From Patescibacteria group bacterium (GTDB lineage: Bacteria; Patescibacteriota; WWE3; UBA101185; UBA10185): a stretch of DNA of 64,000 nucleotides. Location of the stretch: positions 34,984 through 98,983 of the forward strand of contig BPJL01000003.1 in assembly GCA_026004595.1 (NCBI GenBank), read 5' to 3'. Below the pieces are notes generated by a model. That model ran no database searches. It was not told the origin of the DNA and worked only from the letters and a program-made list of their open reading frames with translations. Shown here one piece after another: positions 63,702 through 64,000 of the stretch. Made by a program: the position numbers and the translations under genes. The number at the start of each line of letters is the position of its first letter. Within the stretch, counting starts at the first letter, position 1.

Positions 63702-64000
63702 TTACCACCGAGCTATATCTTTTACCGTAATTAACAATAAAAGTACTAACAAGGCGGCCATTCCTATCCTATGAAAAGCAGCTTCGATTTTGGGATTAAC
63801 TTTCTTTTTGAATACTCCTTCAAACAGGACAAAGGCAGTTCTTCCGCCGTCTAATGCCGGAAAAGGCAGAATGTTGACAAAAGCCAAACTCAGAGACATC
63901 AATGCCGTGTAGTCTAGCAAGGTTAGCCAAGCGTTAGGACCTCCATACTTGAGAACCATATCCACCAAGTTGTATATTCCGACAGGTCCGGTCACTCCTT
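63702..64000 (-). CDS. rseP: RseP/M50 site-2 protease, C-terminal part, truncated by window edge
   Basis: GPVGI and NILPFPALDGG. Confidence 0.9.
   Translation of the reverse strand, partial: GVTGPVGIYNLVDMVLKYGGPNAWLTLLDYTALMSLSLAFVNILPFPALDGGRTAFVLFEGVFKKKVNPKIEAAFHRIGMAALLVLLLLITVKDIARW

Noticed and set aside
1..64000. Recoded TGA (genetic code 25)
   Set aside because: TGA ends conserved genes at expected positions (rpsF, rpsR, pth, dnaX, cysS) and does not interrupt clean genes.

Overview
A 64-kb segment of a reduced, low-GC bacterial chromosome. Gene content (monoderm-type type IV pilus locus without a secretin, VirD4/HerA-like ATPase, H+-PPase, almost no biosynthetic genes) points to a Patescibacteria/CPR organism, probably WWE3/Microgenomates-like; this is an inference. 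It holds mostly housekeeping genes (recG, rsmD, rpmF, nusB, rnc, rpsP, trmD, gyrB, gyrA, rnhB, ruvC, yebC, efp, dnaB, rpmE, prfA, rpsF-ssb-rpsR, ychF, cysS, recR, dnaX, pth, ybeY, rpsU), a 15-kb type IV pilus cluster with eight pilin-like genes and an embedded two-component system, and one tRNA-Leu(CAA). Between about 18 and 56 kb many essential genes are split by single-base indels, most likely long-read errors. The most notable locus is 30.5-32.5 kb: a lone Xer-type tyrosine recombinase with a near-palindromic 11-6-11 dif/loxP-like site in its 900-bp upstream region, KOPS-like octamers whose orientation flips across the site, and an adjacent ATGACAA repeat array with a perfect DnaA box. Other notable items: an acyl-carrier-like protein lacking the phosphopantetheine serine, four stand-alone orphan ORFs with related leaders and 3' hairpins, and widespread leaderless-type promoters. 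All calls come from reading motifs by eye; no database searches were run.
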